From: a virus
Strand: one strand, 5' to 3'
Virus record (IMG/VR): IMGVR_UViG_3300027969_000043
Coordinates: 1 to 64,000 of that record
DNA length: 64,000 nt
Below are positions 18,101 through 26,843 of this stretch, one piece after another. The notes under the pieces are model-generated. The model saw nothing but the letters and a program-made list of their open reading frames with translations. It ran no database searches and had not been told where the DNA came from. Numbering within the stretch: position 1 is the first letter of the stretch; every line of letters starts with the position of its first letter. Made by a program: the position numbers and the translations under genes.

Positions 18101-21100
18101 AGCAATTTAATATCTTCAACAGTTGCGATATAATCAGCTCTGGGGTCATAAACTTGCGAGTTTGCAAAATAATTAAACGATAGTGCGTTTTGTAATTTAT
18201 TAATTGGGCCGTACATACTAGAACCACCAATATATTTAAAAGATATTGTTACATTAGCAATCATTGGTTGTACACCAACACCTTCTGGATTTAAATCCCA
18301 AACCAGCGGTTCGTAATCAATACTTAAATTATCCATCATTATTTTTGTATTGTAAAAATCACCAATTCTTAGTATACAAACTGGTGCTGGACCAAAAGCT
18401 AAATTGTTTGGGTTGTCATTTGCATTGCTTGTTGGCCCTTGTCTAGTGCATTGTAATAAGAATGTTAATCTAGAGTTTAAACCTTCTGGTGTTGTTGAAT
18501 GAAATGCTGGATGAAAATATCTTATTTGTTGTCTAATTTTATCAAAAACAAAAGAATCGTCTCTTGTTAATTTTTCAAAAAAATCCTGTTCAGTATAGAA
18601 TCTATTAGTTACTTGTGAATTTAAGGCTATTTGTTCAGGCTCTACTACTGTTCTTGGTTTTTTTGTTTTAGTTCCTTCAGCTTTATTTGTAAATTTAACT
18701 CTACCGTATCTGTCGTATTTAGGTCCTTGAGAATCTACAGGTGTTTTTGAAGTATACGGAAATTTTTGACCATCTTTGGTAGCTGTTTTTACTGTACCAA
18801 CAATTCTTTTCTTTTCAATAATGTTGTTATCTAATAACCATTTTTCCATTGCCGCAGCTCTATTTTTTGATAGTTGTTCATTCGCATATGTTTGTCCACC
18901 ACCTTGACTACTGGCATACCCCTCGATTTCAGCAACACAACTAGGGCACGTATTTTTTAAATAATCTCTAAGCGCAGTCTTATATGCTTCGTCGTTCCAT
19001 GTGTCAAATTCTTTATCTGGTGGTACTTTTAATTTTTTATTACCAAGAGACTTAGAAGTGCCAGGCTTGTTAAAACCATAGTTTGTTGAATCTGGCCAAT
19101 ACCCCGTATATCCTGTTGGTGGGGGGATTGTGGCATAATAATCAAGTTTTGGATTTGGGCTATCGTATCCCTCCGTATCCGTCGCATCTTTATATTGTTT
19201 TTCACCATTGTATTTTCCGTGTCCTGTAAGACCACCATCTTCGTAGTTCCACGCTAGAACAGTTTCTATTTTTGTTATATCGTTAGGAAAATAAATAGTA
19301 ATTTCGCTTGGTGCCTCTACTGGGGGTTCTGTTATCTCGTCAACATAAGTTTTAACTGTTTGTTTAACTGTTTCTTGCTCTTCTCTTGTTAATAAACTAG
19401 CATAATAGTCATCATCAATACAACCAGCAAACCATGAACGTATATATTCATCTGTTGGTCCGTTGTCACCTTTAAACCCATTCATCGAACTAGGATGGTC
19501 AACAACTATTTTAAACGAAAGATTACCTGTTCTTTCAGTATTATTATATGTATATAACGGTTCGCCTCTACCAATAAATAAATTACTTTCAAGACTAACT
19601 GAACTAGATTCACTAAATGTTAAATCATATGGTGGAAACCACATTATTCTACCAAACTTTCCTGTTAGTAGGTCGCCTGGTCCTTGTTCAATTGGTAATA
19701 AATTTACCGCTGGCGAACCAACCCATGCTAAATTCTCAATTGAGAACATGTATTTTTTGGGTATCGTTGACCTTCTAGTTAAATCGTCTGTTTTATATGG
19801 TGCAATTTTTGCAAATCCATTATCATCTAATACAGACATTCTTTCTGAGTTGTGTAATCTCCAACCTTTTGTTCCACCTGTTAATATTGGACCTCCAGAA
19901 CCTTCTTTTTGATTTAAACCACGACTTCTAATTAACTTATTAACAGTATCATATCTGTATTGTGGTATCCATGTTCTACAAAATGTATTTGTTGCTGAAT
20001 CATTTGAGCTACTATTCCCAAGAGTACCGTCTGGATTAAATCTAAATTTAGATAAAACACCAGAACCTTTAGATATAAATCCATTTGGTGATATGGCTGT
20101 TTGTATTTGTTCTTTGCTATTACCACCTTCAGCACTACCATATGCTGAAACCATTGTCCTCATACCCTTGCTATTAAATAGCATTTGTGTTTTACTTAAT
20201 AATGATTTTTTTTCACCAACAAATTGAGCGTTACTAGATTGGGGTGCTGCTGGTCCAACGAATTCTGCTTGTTGTGCTAATAAATTTGTTGTTGCACCTT
20301 TATTTGATGTCCAAGCAAAATTTTGTGCAAATGGTTTTGAATCTGATGCACTTGGTAACCCAATAAATCCAGAATCTGCAACCAATTTTTCACGATTCCA
20401 ATTTAAATCAGGAATAATTCCATCTGTAGGTATAAGAAAATTTTGTGTAAGAACCCCTTGAGGATTCATAAATGCGTACCCTTTTATATTTTTTACACCC
20501 TCGAAACCTGGTACATATCCACTTCTGAACGGACCTTGTATATTTTCACCATTTGCATTTATATTATATTTTAAAGCTTCTTTTTGACCCTTACCAGTAT
20601 TTTTTAACATACTGTTTGCACGTACAATATTATCAACGTATTTATTTTCTTCTGCAAATATTGAACCTTCAGGTTGTAAAAGGCTTTTAGGTACTTGAAA
20701 TCCTAATATCTTTTCACCTAATCCAAGTAATTGACCACCTAGTGTTGATGATACAGTAATCTTGTAATCTGGTCTAAGACCTATTGAACCTATATCCCCT
20801 TGAACTAAATTTAAAAGATTTTCATTAAGATTTAATTTACCTAATATTGCTTGCTCTGTATTAAATGCTGCGTTGTTTGCTAGGGCCAATGCTAATTGTT
20901 GGGCACCTATTGTCCCTAATTTTGTATCGTTAAGAACACCAGCAACGCCTAATACTCTACCAGCCAAAGATGACCTTAAATCAAAATTTGGTACCACATT
21001 AATTCCACCAGCACCACCAATACCACCAGCGATACCAACACCTTGACCATTTAATAGACTACCTAAAATATCTGCGGCTTGTGTCGCATCTTTACCAACA

Positions 21101-21678
21101 CCCAATAATTGACCATATGCTTCATCATAACTTGGTAATTGTTGCGCTGTTTGAATTGGTTGAAGTGATATATAGTCAGCCATATCAACTTGCTTGGTAG
21201 CATCTAAATATAGATTTTTAATTGTTGCTTGTTTTCTATATTCAGCAAAATCACTTTTTGCTAGTAAACCATATTGTTCTGTTGTTGAATCAGGTGTTGT
21301 TGGGTATTGAGTTGTTCCATTTGGCGGAACAGGATATATTGGTGTTGTTAAGGTATAATTAATATCTAAAAACTCTGGTGCAGCTGAATCTTGGTTTTTA
21401 TATAAATTCATTATGATAGCGTTATCATAACGAAACACACCATCAATAACAAGTGGATTTTGTTGAGGTACAGAACCATTACCAACCATTGTATCTAAAA
21501 ATGGCTCTCCACCTCTTGGTGAACCGTTGATAGATGTTGAATACTGTGGGTACCTAATTGGGTTTTGAATATTTAAATGTAATAAAAAATCACGAATACC
21601 AAAATCTAATGCCGTTCTAGTAATTGAGTTCTTATTTCCTGCCGTAGGTGCTGTTGTATCATAATATATTAATGGCAT
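15154..21678 (-). CDS. Giant baseplate / tail-tube-initiator-like protein with an OmpA-like domain and C-terminal beta-rich modules
   Basis: FIGRGEPLYTYNNTERTGNLSFKIVVD and PVCILRIGDFYNTKIMMDNLSIDYE (tube-initiator-like). IYFPND...IEGYASS...NEQLSKNRA (OmpA_C-like). P/T-rich linkers. Directly follows the tape measure gene. Confidence 0.65.
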   Translation of the reverse strand: MPLIYYDTTAPTAGNKNSITRTALDFGIRDFLLHLNIQNPIRYPQYSTSINGSPRGGEPFLDTMVGNGSVPQQNPLVIDGVFRYDNAIIMNLYKNQDSAAPEFLDINYTLTTPIYPVPPNGTTQYPTTPDSTTEQYGLLAKSDFAEYRKQATIKNLYLDATKQVDMADYISLQPIQTAQQLPSYDEAYGQLLGVGKDATQAADILGSLLNGQGVGIAGGIGGAGGINVVPNFDLRSSLAGRVLGVAGVLNDTKLGTIGAQQLALALANNAAFNTEQAILGKLNLNENLLNLVQGDIGSIGLRPDYKITVSSTLGGQLLGLGEKILGFQVPKSLLQPEGSIFAEENKYVDNIVRANSMLKNTGKGQKEALKYNINANGENIQGPFRSGYVPGFEGVKNIKGYAFMNPQGVLTQNFLIPTDGIIPDLNWNREKLVADSGFIGLPSASDSKPFAQNFAWTSNKGATTNLLAQQAEFVGPAAPQSSNAQFVGEKKSLLSKTQMLFNSKGMRTMVSAYGSAEGGNSKEQIQTAISPNGFISKGSGVLSKFRFNPDGTLGNSSSNDSATNTFCRTWIPQYRYDTVNKLIRSRGLNQKEGSGGPILTGGTKGWRLHNSERMSVLDDNGFAKIAPYKTDDLTRRSTIPKKYMFSIENLAWVGSPAVNLLPIEQGPGDLLTGKFGRIMWFPPYDLTFSESSSVSLESNLFIGRGEPLYTYNNTERTGNLSFKIVVDHPSSMNGFKGDNGPTDEYIRSWFAGCIDDDYYASLLTREEQETVKQTVKTYVDEITEPPVEAPSEITIYFPNDITKIETVLAWNYEDGGLTGHGKYNGEKQYKDATDTEGYDSPNPKLDYYATIPPPTGYTGYWPDSTNYGFNKPGTSKSLGNKKLKVPPDKEFDTWNDEAYKTALRDYLKNTCPSCVAEIEGYASSQGGGQTYANEQLSKNRAAAMEKWLLDNNIIEKKRIVGTVKTATKDGQKFPYTSKTPVDSQGPKYDRYGRVKFTNKAEGTKTKKPRTVVEPEQIALNSQVTNRFYTEQDFFEKLTRDDSFVFDKIRQQIRYFHPAFHSTTPEGLNSRLTFLLQCTRQGPTSNANDNPNNLAFGPAPVCILRIGDFYNTKIMMDNLSIDYEPLVWDLNPEGVGVQPMIANVTISFKYIGGSSMYGPINKLQNALSFNYFANSQVYDPRADYIATVEDIKLLDKNYKGENTRTTFASKTELMPEGTQETAYGLVLGLDSVTTSMGAFGDTVPTYAPPTVDQTATSDEDKKQTSSDTQGGDGTSSSCERDKDNLYWFNVQDEKNEPISFFEDIIGFRFDYNDSAVKILQPYDSYINVYDINDLSVIYVATNPNKLFYAEDNKTYAPENNNFYCTPTDNGIWGDNPPPQSLIDSGEYNVSIQLVGVNDPTCEIIFDTATGIVTKSETKCDSDGQIISIGVSESDTSNPDLKVLKDATKGNYISFFINATDKTVELSQDYKLTVTLISKINEKDTYVWKTPIDVSSAFTKSNSVVNNLYFSNTEPKTPELIEGNEIPYKIVFSFAGVSIPCSYDIDVNGLTNSQQEQESAIKNLTVKDVTTTNTNNKNGVISFNLYNNGDPTRPELSQYKLNVKSTIKSADGLEQYQYIHLDTSDSTQLLQFDPFSFKKNTKDNALSIPLANVTPPCTGLTEGKQYSLETLVYNDTTKVQLNTEMLTNTANTNVSKPGITIDYLGEFSTLQGNDASYFNLEQTTGKYLVLRIIDPNYDFMKVGNTQFKDDSGKIVSNVCLGANAQSCIVNDKKDGTYTLNVDYYPDGATNPNKLNLVSQPFTQPTTPSSVTPAPAPPTPVAASNSKDADVVNAINIKKVYPYDKSLNSITVDFEWGRTDKLPTFALQSSKTYKGMVTIKANINGASLNLGLGVDGTFNVSRNDDTSVVFDSGSDSSSQVIVANTEVAADQPSGKAWEKGTTWQGVLDLGDIDEDNKNNILAAQKDPSSRFIINWETGGQPGISFYLDNTPAPPPTSTPTSPYQLPYALKDSYDVTTFNFGNNRDKLHAFQSTTINGVSRNVGEMNTKVAKVLYALYDAGINPTVISVEVTVKGPVVTWTATIDRSTDGKAWVGFSSRGSATSLAVANENYDGNPNTNPPTVGLLENIKKNFPSDASSVELVALGDFINLSSKIGTETCTFWQKFAKYTLPVTKPPK

Positions 21679-21756
21679 AACTGTAAATTATTTAATTATA
21701 AATATAATACCATAGTATTTTATGTAAATAAACCTAAAATTGTTTTATCTTTATAA

Positions 21757-21786
21757 CAAAATAAGCCCACGACGGGCTTACTATTT
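21757..21786 (-). terminator. Intrinsic terminator
   Basis: TAAGCCC-acgac-GGGCTTA stem (21762-21780) followed by TTTTGT on the minus strand. Confidence 0.65.
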
Positions 21787-21851
21787 TTATTATTGATTTA
21801 ATTGTTTATTTATAATTATTTTATTTTTTTTATTAATATTAATAATATATT

Positions 21852-21882
21852 CAAATATACGGTTTTTTTTCCAATAAGTCAA
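21852..21882 (-). promoter_or_regulatory. Bacteroidota-type promoter in the tape measure / baseplate intergenic region
   Basis: Minus strand TTG (21882-21880)-N20-TATATTTG (21859-21852). Confidence 0.6.
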
Positions 21883-21885
21883 GTA

Positions 21886-24489
21886 CTAATCGTTTTTACC
21901 TTTAAGTGCTTTATTTGCCGCTTCATTAACTTTAAGTGATAACTGTCTAAGAAACAATGGGTCGCTCATTAAATCCTTTCCAACTTCTCTAGATTCTTGA
22001 GTTGATTCACCATTTATTCTTACGTCAATTACTCCACCTATCTTCATATCATCAACCCTTACACTAGCAGACGCGTTTGAATTAGCCGAGCCAGGCGACC
22101 CACCATACATTGACATTATTGACCTTGCAAGATTATTATTACCGTTAGCATTTGTACCAGCTATCATCGTTGAGTCATTCAACTTCATAAATTTATCTTT
22201 AGCATTAAAACTAACAAGACCATCATCTAATTGAGCAGTTGCGGCACCAGATACAACATCATCTGGATACTTATCTGGATTTGCCTTGATATCAGCAATT
22301 AAATCTTTATTAGATGGTATAATATCTTTTACTTCGGGGTGTAATTTTCTATAAACAGCCCTACCTAATGCAACATCGTCTGTCCCCATACCTTTGATAC
22401 CCAAACCAAAACCTTGTGTATCTAAACCAAAAGCTTTAGGTAGTATTTCAAGTATCCCAACACCAGTACCACCCAAAGCTTCCAACCAACCAGCACCGCC
22501 TGTACTTCTTGCACTTTTTGACGAAAAAAAGTCAACTTGGTCTTTTACTGTTTTAGCTACAGAAACTACAGCTGCCGCAGTAGCAGCAGCGGCTCCAGCA
22601 CCACCAGACCCAGCAGCTGCAGTACCAGTAGTAGTCGCACCTCTAGCAGCAGTACTCGCCGCAGCATTACCACCCATACCAAATAAACCTGAACCCATCA
22701 TTCCCATTCTAAAACCTACAGCTAAAGACGCACCATTAGCAATCCACATAGCAGCTTTACCAGCTAATGCAATAGCAAAAGATTTAATTGGGTTTTCAGT
22801 AACGTATTCAATAAATTCACTAATTTTACCACCAACCCAATCAAGAATAACCCCAATTTTATCAAATATTTTTTCTTTTTCAAACCATGCGGTGAATTTA
22901 CTAATTGCTGCTCTAAGTTTATCACCAACACCACCTTTTTTACCAAAAGTGTCTGCTAATTTTTCTGCAAACGGCATTAAAAATATTTTAAATTGTTCAA
23001 TTAACCCATTAATTTGTTGGTCAAAACTCATAGCATCCTTAGCTCTTTTTTCAAGACCAGCTTTTTCTGCCATTTGTGCTCGAATAACCTCTTTTGCTGA
23101 ACTACCTAATTGACTAAGTAATTTTTCGTTTCCGTCAATTTCAATATACGCTTGCCCCTTATCATTAAATTGTGATATATTTTCCAGAAATTCTTTTTCA
23201 TCATCTTTTAACCCTGTAACATCCATTTGGGTTCTAATTTTTTTAAACTTAGCCATATTTTTACCTGCCGTTACCAATGTTTCCAACTCAACACCAGTTG
23301 CTTCAGACACCTCTCTAAGCCTTGCCATCTCAACAGCCGCCAATTGTATATTACCATCTTTGTCTATCCTTGCATTTTGAGATGCAGCATCAGCAACGGC
23401 TTTTGTTAAACCCTCCATATCATTACGAGCCATATACATCAACTTAAAAGGGTCAGCCAATTGAGACCATTTACCACCTAAAACTTGAAGTTTAGCTGAC
23501 ATTTCAACTGCACCCTCAATATTCATCAACTTATCAGCCATACCAGCTACAGAATTCATATTTATACCTAACTTGGTAACTGTTTCTGCCATTTTTTTAA
23601 ACCCTTGAACCCCACCTTTAAAGTTATACCTATTAAGCATTTTCATATTAGATGTGATATTCTTAATAACCTTAGATGAATTTAACCCCATTTTACTCGC
23701 ATCTTCCATGGTGTTATTCATAAACGTTGCAACCTTTTCAACGGACATACCCTGAGCCTCAAATTCAGCGGCCATTTTAGCAGCTTCATCAGCCCCCATA
23801 CCAGTTCCTTTAGCAATGGCGGTAATATTAACTAAATTTTTAGCACCCAATAGCACCGACCTTCCAATTTCTTCACTATATGCTGATTGCATCTTTGTGG
23901 TCTCTTCAAGTGTACCACCCATTTCGGTAATTTGACCTGAAGCAACCCTTATACTACTACGAAAAGAATCACTTCTTTTTTTCAATAACCCCATACTTAA
24001 AGCCGAACTCCTAACCGCTTTATCCATATCAAAAAGTCCATAACCCTTAATCTTGTTGTAAACATCTACTATAGCACCAGGCAACTTACCCAACGCCTTA
24101 GAAGTTTCATTAACAAGCATTTTAGTCTTACTAACTGCTTTAAGGTTTGCTTCGTATAGTTGTTTTTGTGCTTTTAATTTGTCAATTTCTTCGTCTAAAG
24201 CTTTTTGTAATTTTTCGGTTTCGGCCGCGTTTTTTCCAACAGCTAACGCTTTTTGTTTTTGTAAAAAAAGGATATCTTTTTCGAGCTCTTTAGTTTTTTT
24301 AGCATATGTTACGTATTGTTTAGCGTCACCAAGTATGGTTTTTTGTATATCCATACTTTCTCTGGTATTTTGAAGATATTCGTATTGCGACGAATTTAAA
24401 CCCGTTGATAGTTGATTTGCTTTTTCTAAAAGTTTTATTCTCTTAATTAACTCTTCATTAGTTAATTTTGATAATTCATAATCATTCAT
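21886..24489 (-). CDS. Tape measure protein
   Basis: Long helical Ala/Lys/Met-rich protein with hydrophobic Gly/Ala segments, in the order tube - chaperones - TMP - baseplate. Confidence 0.8.
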   Translation of the reverse strand: MNDYELSKLTNEELIKRIKLLEKANQLSTGLNSSQYEYLQNTRESMDIQKTILGDAKQYVTYAKKTKELEKDILFLQKQKALAVGKNAAETEKLQKALDEEIDKLKAQKQLYEANLKAVSKTKMLVNETSKALGKLPGAIVDVYNKIKGYGLFDMDKAVRSSALSMGLLKKRSDSFRSSIRVASGQITEMGGTLEETTKMQSAYSEEIGRSVLLGAKNLVNITAIAKGTGMGADEAAKMAAEFEAQGMSVEKVATFMNNTMEDASKMGLNSSKVIKNITSNMKMLNRYNFKGGVQGFKKMAETVTKLGINMNSVAGMADKLMNIEGAVEMSAKLQVLGGKWSQLADPFKLMYMARNDMEGLTKAVADAASQNARIDKDGNIQLAAVEMARLREVSEATGVELETLVTAGKNMAKFKKIRTQMDVTGLKDDEKEFLENISQFNDKGQAYIEIDGNEKLLSQLGSSAKEVIRAQMAEKAGLEKRAKDAMSFDQQINGLIEQFKIFLMPFAEKLADTFGKKGGVGDKLRAAISKFTAWFEKEKIFDKIGVILDWVGGKISEFIEYVTENPIKSFAIALAGKAAMWIANGASLAVGFRMGMMGSGLFGMGGNAAASTAARGATTTGTAAAGSGGAGAAAATAAAVVSVAKTVKDQVDFFSSKSARSTGGAGWLEALGGTGVGILEILPKAFGLDTQGFGLGIKGMGTDDVALGRAVYRKLHPEVKDIIPSNKDLIADIKANPDKYPDDVVSGAATAQLDDGLVSFNAKDKFMKLNDSTMIAGTNANGNNNLARSIMSMYGGSPGSANSNASASVRVDDMKIGGVIDVRINGESTQESREVGKDLMSDPLFLRQLSLKVNEAANKALKGKND

Positions 24490-24533
24490 ATATTAAATTC
24501 TTAGCAATATTATTATTATAAATATCTAGAAAT

Positions 24534-24558
24534 AAAAAAACCCTATAAATAGGGTTTT
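24534..24558 (-). terminator. Intrinsic terminator after the chaperone gene pair
   Basis: AAAACCCTAT-aa-ATAGGGTTTT stem with a T-tract on the minus strand. Confidence 0.65.
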
Positions 24559-24829
24559 ATGATAAGGGAACTTCCCCAGATTTTATTTTATTTTTTAATG
24601 CTTCACCACTCACCTTTGTTTTTCTACTACCCTTAGCGTTTGGATTTCCCCTATTTGTTATCTCTTCAGCCTTAGCTTGTTCTTCTTGTTTTGACTTAAT
24701 AAGCATTCCCATGTAGTATCTTCTTTCATTTGTTGGCATATTTAAAACGTCATTATAACCTATTTTTAAATATTGCATACAAACAAATATCTCTTCCCAT
24801 AAAGATGGTTTATATTGGTAAGTCAGGCC
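24557..24829 (-). CDS. Tail assembly chaperone second ORF, probably expressed as a frameshift extension (gpT-like)
   Basis: Overlaps the 3' end of the 412-aa gene at a U7 run. LWEEIF..MQYLKIGYNDVLNMPTNERRYY resembles gpT / gp51-type short helical chaperones. Confidence 0.65.
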   Translation of the reverse strand, partial: GLTYQYKPSLWEEIFVCMQYLKIGYNDVLNMPTNERRYYMGMLIKSKQEEQAKAEEITNRGNPNAKGSRKTKVSGEALKNKIKSGEVPLS

Positions 24830-26048
24830 AAAAAAATCTGACGTTAAGGGGAAGAAAGGTAGAAATAGACTCACCTCTAGGAGTCTTAACTTCGATTGAT
24901 AGGTCAACCCCACAATCTATTTTTTCAATGTAATCTTTTAATTCTTTAGAATCACGAACCCTCATTTTTTCGATAAAATCTTTAATAAAGCCTTTATCTC
25001 TATTACCATTTATATCTACAATTTGTCTCTCTAATCTATATGTAATTACACTATTTACAGGTATTTCATTTTTTTCATCCTCAGCAACCAACTTTTCAAT
25101 TTGGTTTAAATCACCTACTGTCAACAATTTAAATTTAATATTTGCCTTTGCTATTGGTAAATAAAAATCAAAATAACCTTCAGCATCTGGCTCTTTCGAT
25201 AATTTAATAGTTTTTAGGCTATTTAAATCAACTTCGCTTTCAAATGGTGCACCATCTTCATCATACATTGTAATCGGGTACATTTCACCATAACTTGTTG
25301 CTCTTAACCATAACATGATAGCATTTCTATCACCAACATGTAAATCATTATATCTTAGGTCTGGTTCCAATAATTTTCTATTAATTAGAATTTCCAAAAA
25401 TTCACCACTCTGTAATAGATTCGGAGACGTTAGGATATTCTCATCTGCCGTTGTCATATAGGCAACCTTAACACTTGATTTTTTATTTTTATATAGTTTA
25501 CCCTCAGAAGGTAAAGGAATAACGTCAAAAGCTGCGTTATATTGTGGTTGGCTTAATTGTTGAATATACATATCACTGTTATTCATAATTAAATTAGATG
25601 GTCCCATATTAGTTATTGGTTGTTTAGATTCTGATTTCAAAGGAACTTTTTGTGGTTCTTGATACTGCGGCTGTTGTTGTTGATATTGCTGCTGCTGATA
25701 CTGCTGCTGATATTGTTCTTGTTGTACCTGTTGCTTTTGTGGTTGTTGTGGTTGTTGTTGATACGGTTGCTGTGTCCTTTCAGACGCCGTATTAAAACTA
25801 TTTTGATATTGTTGAGTATTCTCAACATTTCTTTTCAATTGTTCATCTCTTAATCTAATTTGTTCTTCAGTCCTTTGACGCATAACTTCGACCGCTGACA
25901 TGTTAGTTTCGTTCATCGAGTTGGTATATATTTCGTTTGCGGCTTCGATTCTCTTTGCTTCGTAATCCGAATCAACATTAACTGGTTGTTGAGGTGTGTT
26001 TTGGCTTTGTGGTGTGTTTGTTGGAAACACATTTGGTTTTTTGTCCAT
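24810..26048 (-). CDS. Tail assembly chaperone / baseplate hub assembly protein (T4 gp26-like) with a Gln-rich N-terminus
   Basis: IPLPSEGKLY..VAYMTTADENIL..DRNAIMLWLRATSYG..C-terminal FFWP. Lies between tube and tape measure genes. Confidence 0.72.
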   Translation of the reverse strand: MDKKPNVFPTNTPQSQNTPQQPVNVDSDYEAKRIEAANEIYTNSMNETNMSAVEVMRQRTEEQIRLRDEQLKRNVENTQQYQNSFNTASERTQQPYQQQPQQPQKQQVQQEQYQQQYQQQQYQQQQPQYQEPQKVPLKSESKQPITNMGPSNLIMNNSDMYIQQLSQPQYNAAFDVIPLPSEGKLYKNKKSSVKVAYMTTADENILTSPNLLQSGEFLEILINRKLLEPDLRYNDLHVGDRNAIMLWLRATSYGEMYPITMYDEDGAPFESEVDLNSLKTIKLSKEPDAEGYFDFYLPIAKANIKFKLLTVGDLNQIEKLVAEDEKNEIPVNSVITYRLERQIVDINGNRDKGFIKDFIEKMRVRDSKELKDYIEKIDCGVDLSIEVKTPRGESISTFLPLNVRFFWPDLPI

Positions 26049-26141
26049 AATTAAAACTTTTTATTTACTATAAATATAGAACATTCGTTTTTTTTGTAAA
26101 TAGGGTTTACAATTTTTAAATTTTTTTGTAAATTTGTGTAT

Positions 26142-26246
26142 ATGTTAAAACTAATAGTAAAAATTAAAAATTATTTTGTTAAAAAGCAGAAATACAAAAC
26201 TGCTAAATTTTTTCAAAAGATAGAACTTAGATTGCAAGATAATTAA
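26142..26246 (+). CDS. Unannotated 34-aa basic peptide with a UVR-like motif
   Basis: Manual translation MLKLIVKIKNYFVKKQKYKTAKFFQKIELRLQDN. TAAATTTG (-7 element) at 26129-26136 lies 5 nt upstream and a hairpin follows the stop. Confidence 0.45.
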   Translation: MLKLIVKIKNYFVKKQKYKTAKFFQKIELRLQDN

Positions 26247-26279
26247 AAATACCCCATGAAAATATCACAGGGTATCTTT
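26247..26279. terminator. Probably bidirectional terminator between the tube gene and the small plus-strand ORF
   Basis: AAAAATACCC...GGGTATCTTT inverted repeat. Confidence 0.55.
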
Positions 26280-26297
26280 AATATATTTTTTTATATC

Positions 26298-26786
26298 TTA
26301 GAATAATAAGATTGCTCTGTCAAATCTAAGTGTTGCGGTGATTTGAGCGATACCATCATCATCCATTGCTAAGTCACCAAAGCCAACGTTTGTAAGCATA
26401 GTACCATCTAATAACCATTTTTCTACAACAACACCCGTCGGGTCAAGCATTTCAAGTTCAACAGGTCTTTTGTAACCAGCTGCGTAACCTTGACGACCAG
26501 TAATAGATTCAGAGTGTAAACGAACCCACTCCATTATAGCTTGAGTAGCTGAAGGACCAATAGGGTCTCTAAAAGTAACATCAATAGTTTCCCATGTAAA
26601 TCTACCAATAACCCAAGTAGAAGTATTCAAGAATGGAATCTCAACTTCATTTTGTGTGATTGAAGGTCTAGAAGCAGTTTCTAACCACCATTGCTGAATA
26701 CCCAAATCAGCTGGGAAAGTGATAAGCCAACGATTCTTTTTCTTCGGTTCGTAAGGCAAGGGCATCTTCATGAGTAAATCGGCCAT
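26298..26786 (-). CDS. Tail tube protein (T4 gp19-like)
   Basis: 162 aa with EPKKKNRW, RPSI, W..IDVTFRDPI, MEWVR, EKWLL and ITATLRFD. Downstream of the sheath gene. Confidence 0.88.
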   Translation of the reverse strand: MADLLMKMPLPYEPKKKNRWLITFPADLGIQQWWLETASRPSITQNEVEIPFLNTSTWVIGRFTWETIDVTFRDPIGPSATQAIMEWVRLHSESITGRQGYAAGYKRPVELEMLDPTGVVVEKWLLDGTMLTNVGFGDLAMDDDGIAQITATLRFDRAILLF

Positions 26787-26843
26787 ATTCTAAAAATTTT
26801 AATTTTTTGTTTTATTATTATAAATATGTAGTTTTTTATTTTT

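Noticed and set aside
24830-24913. GTG start at 24913 for the 118-aa ORF
   Set aside because: It lies about 100 nt inside the upstream gene with no initiation context. A frameshift at the T7 run explains the overlap better.
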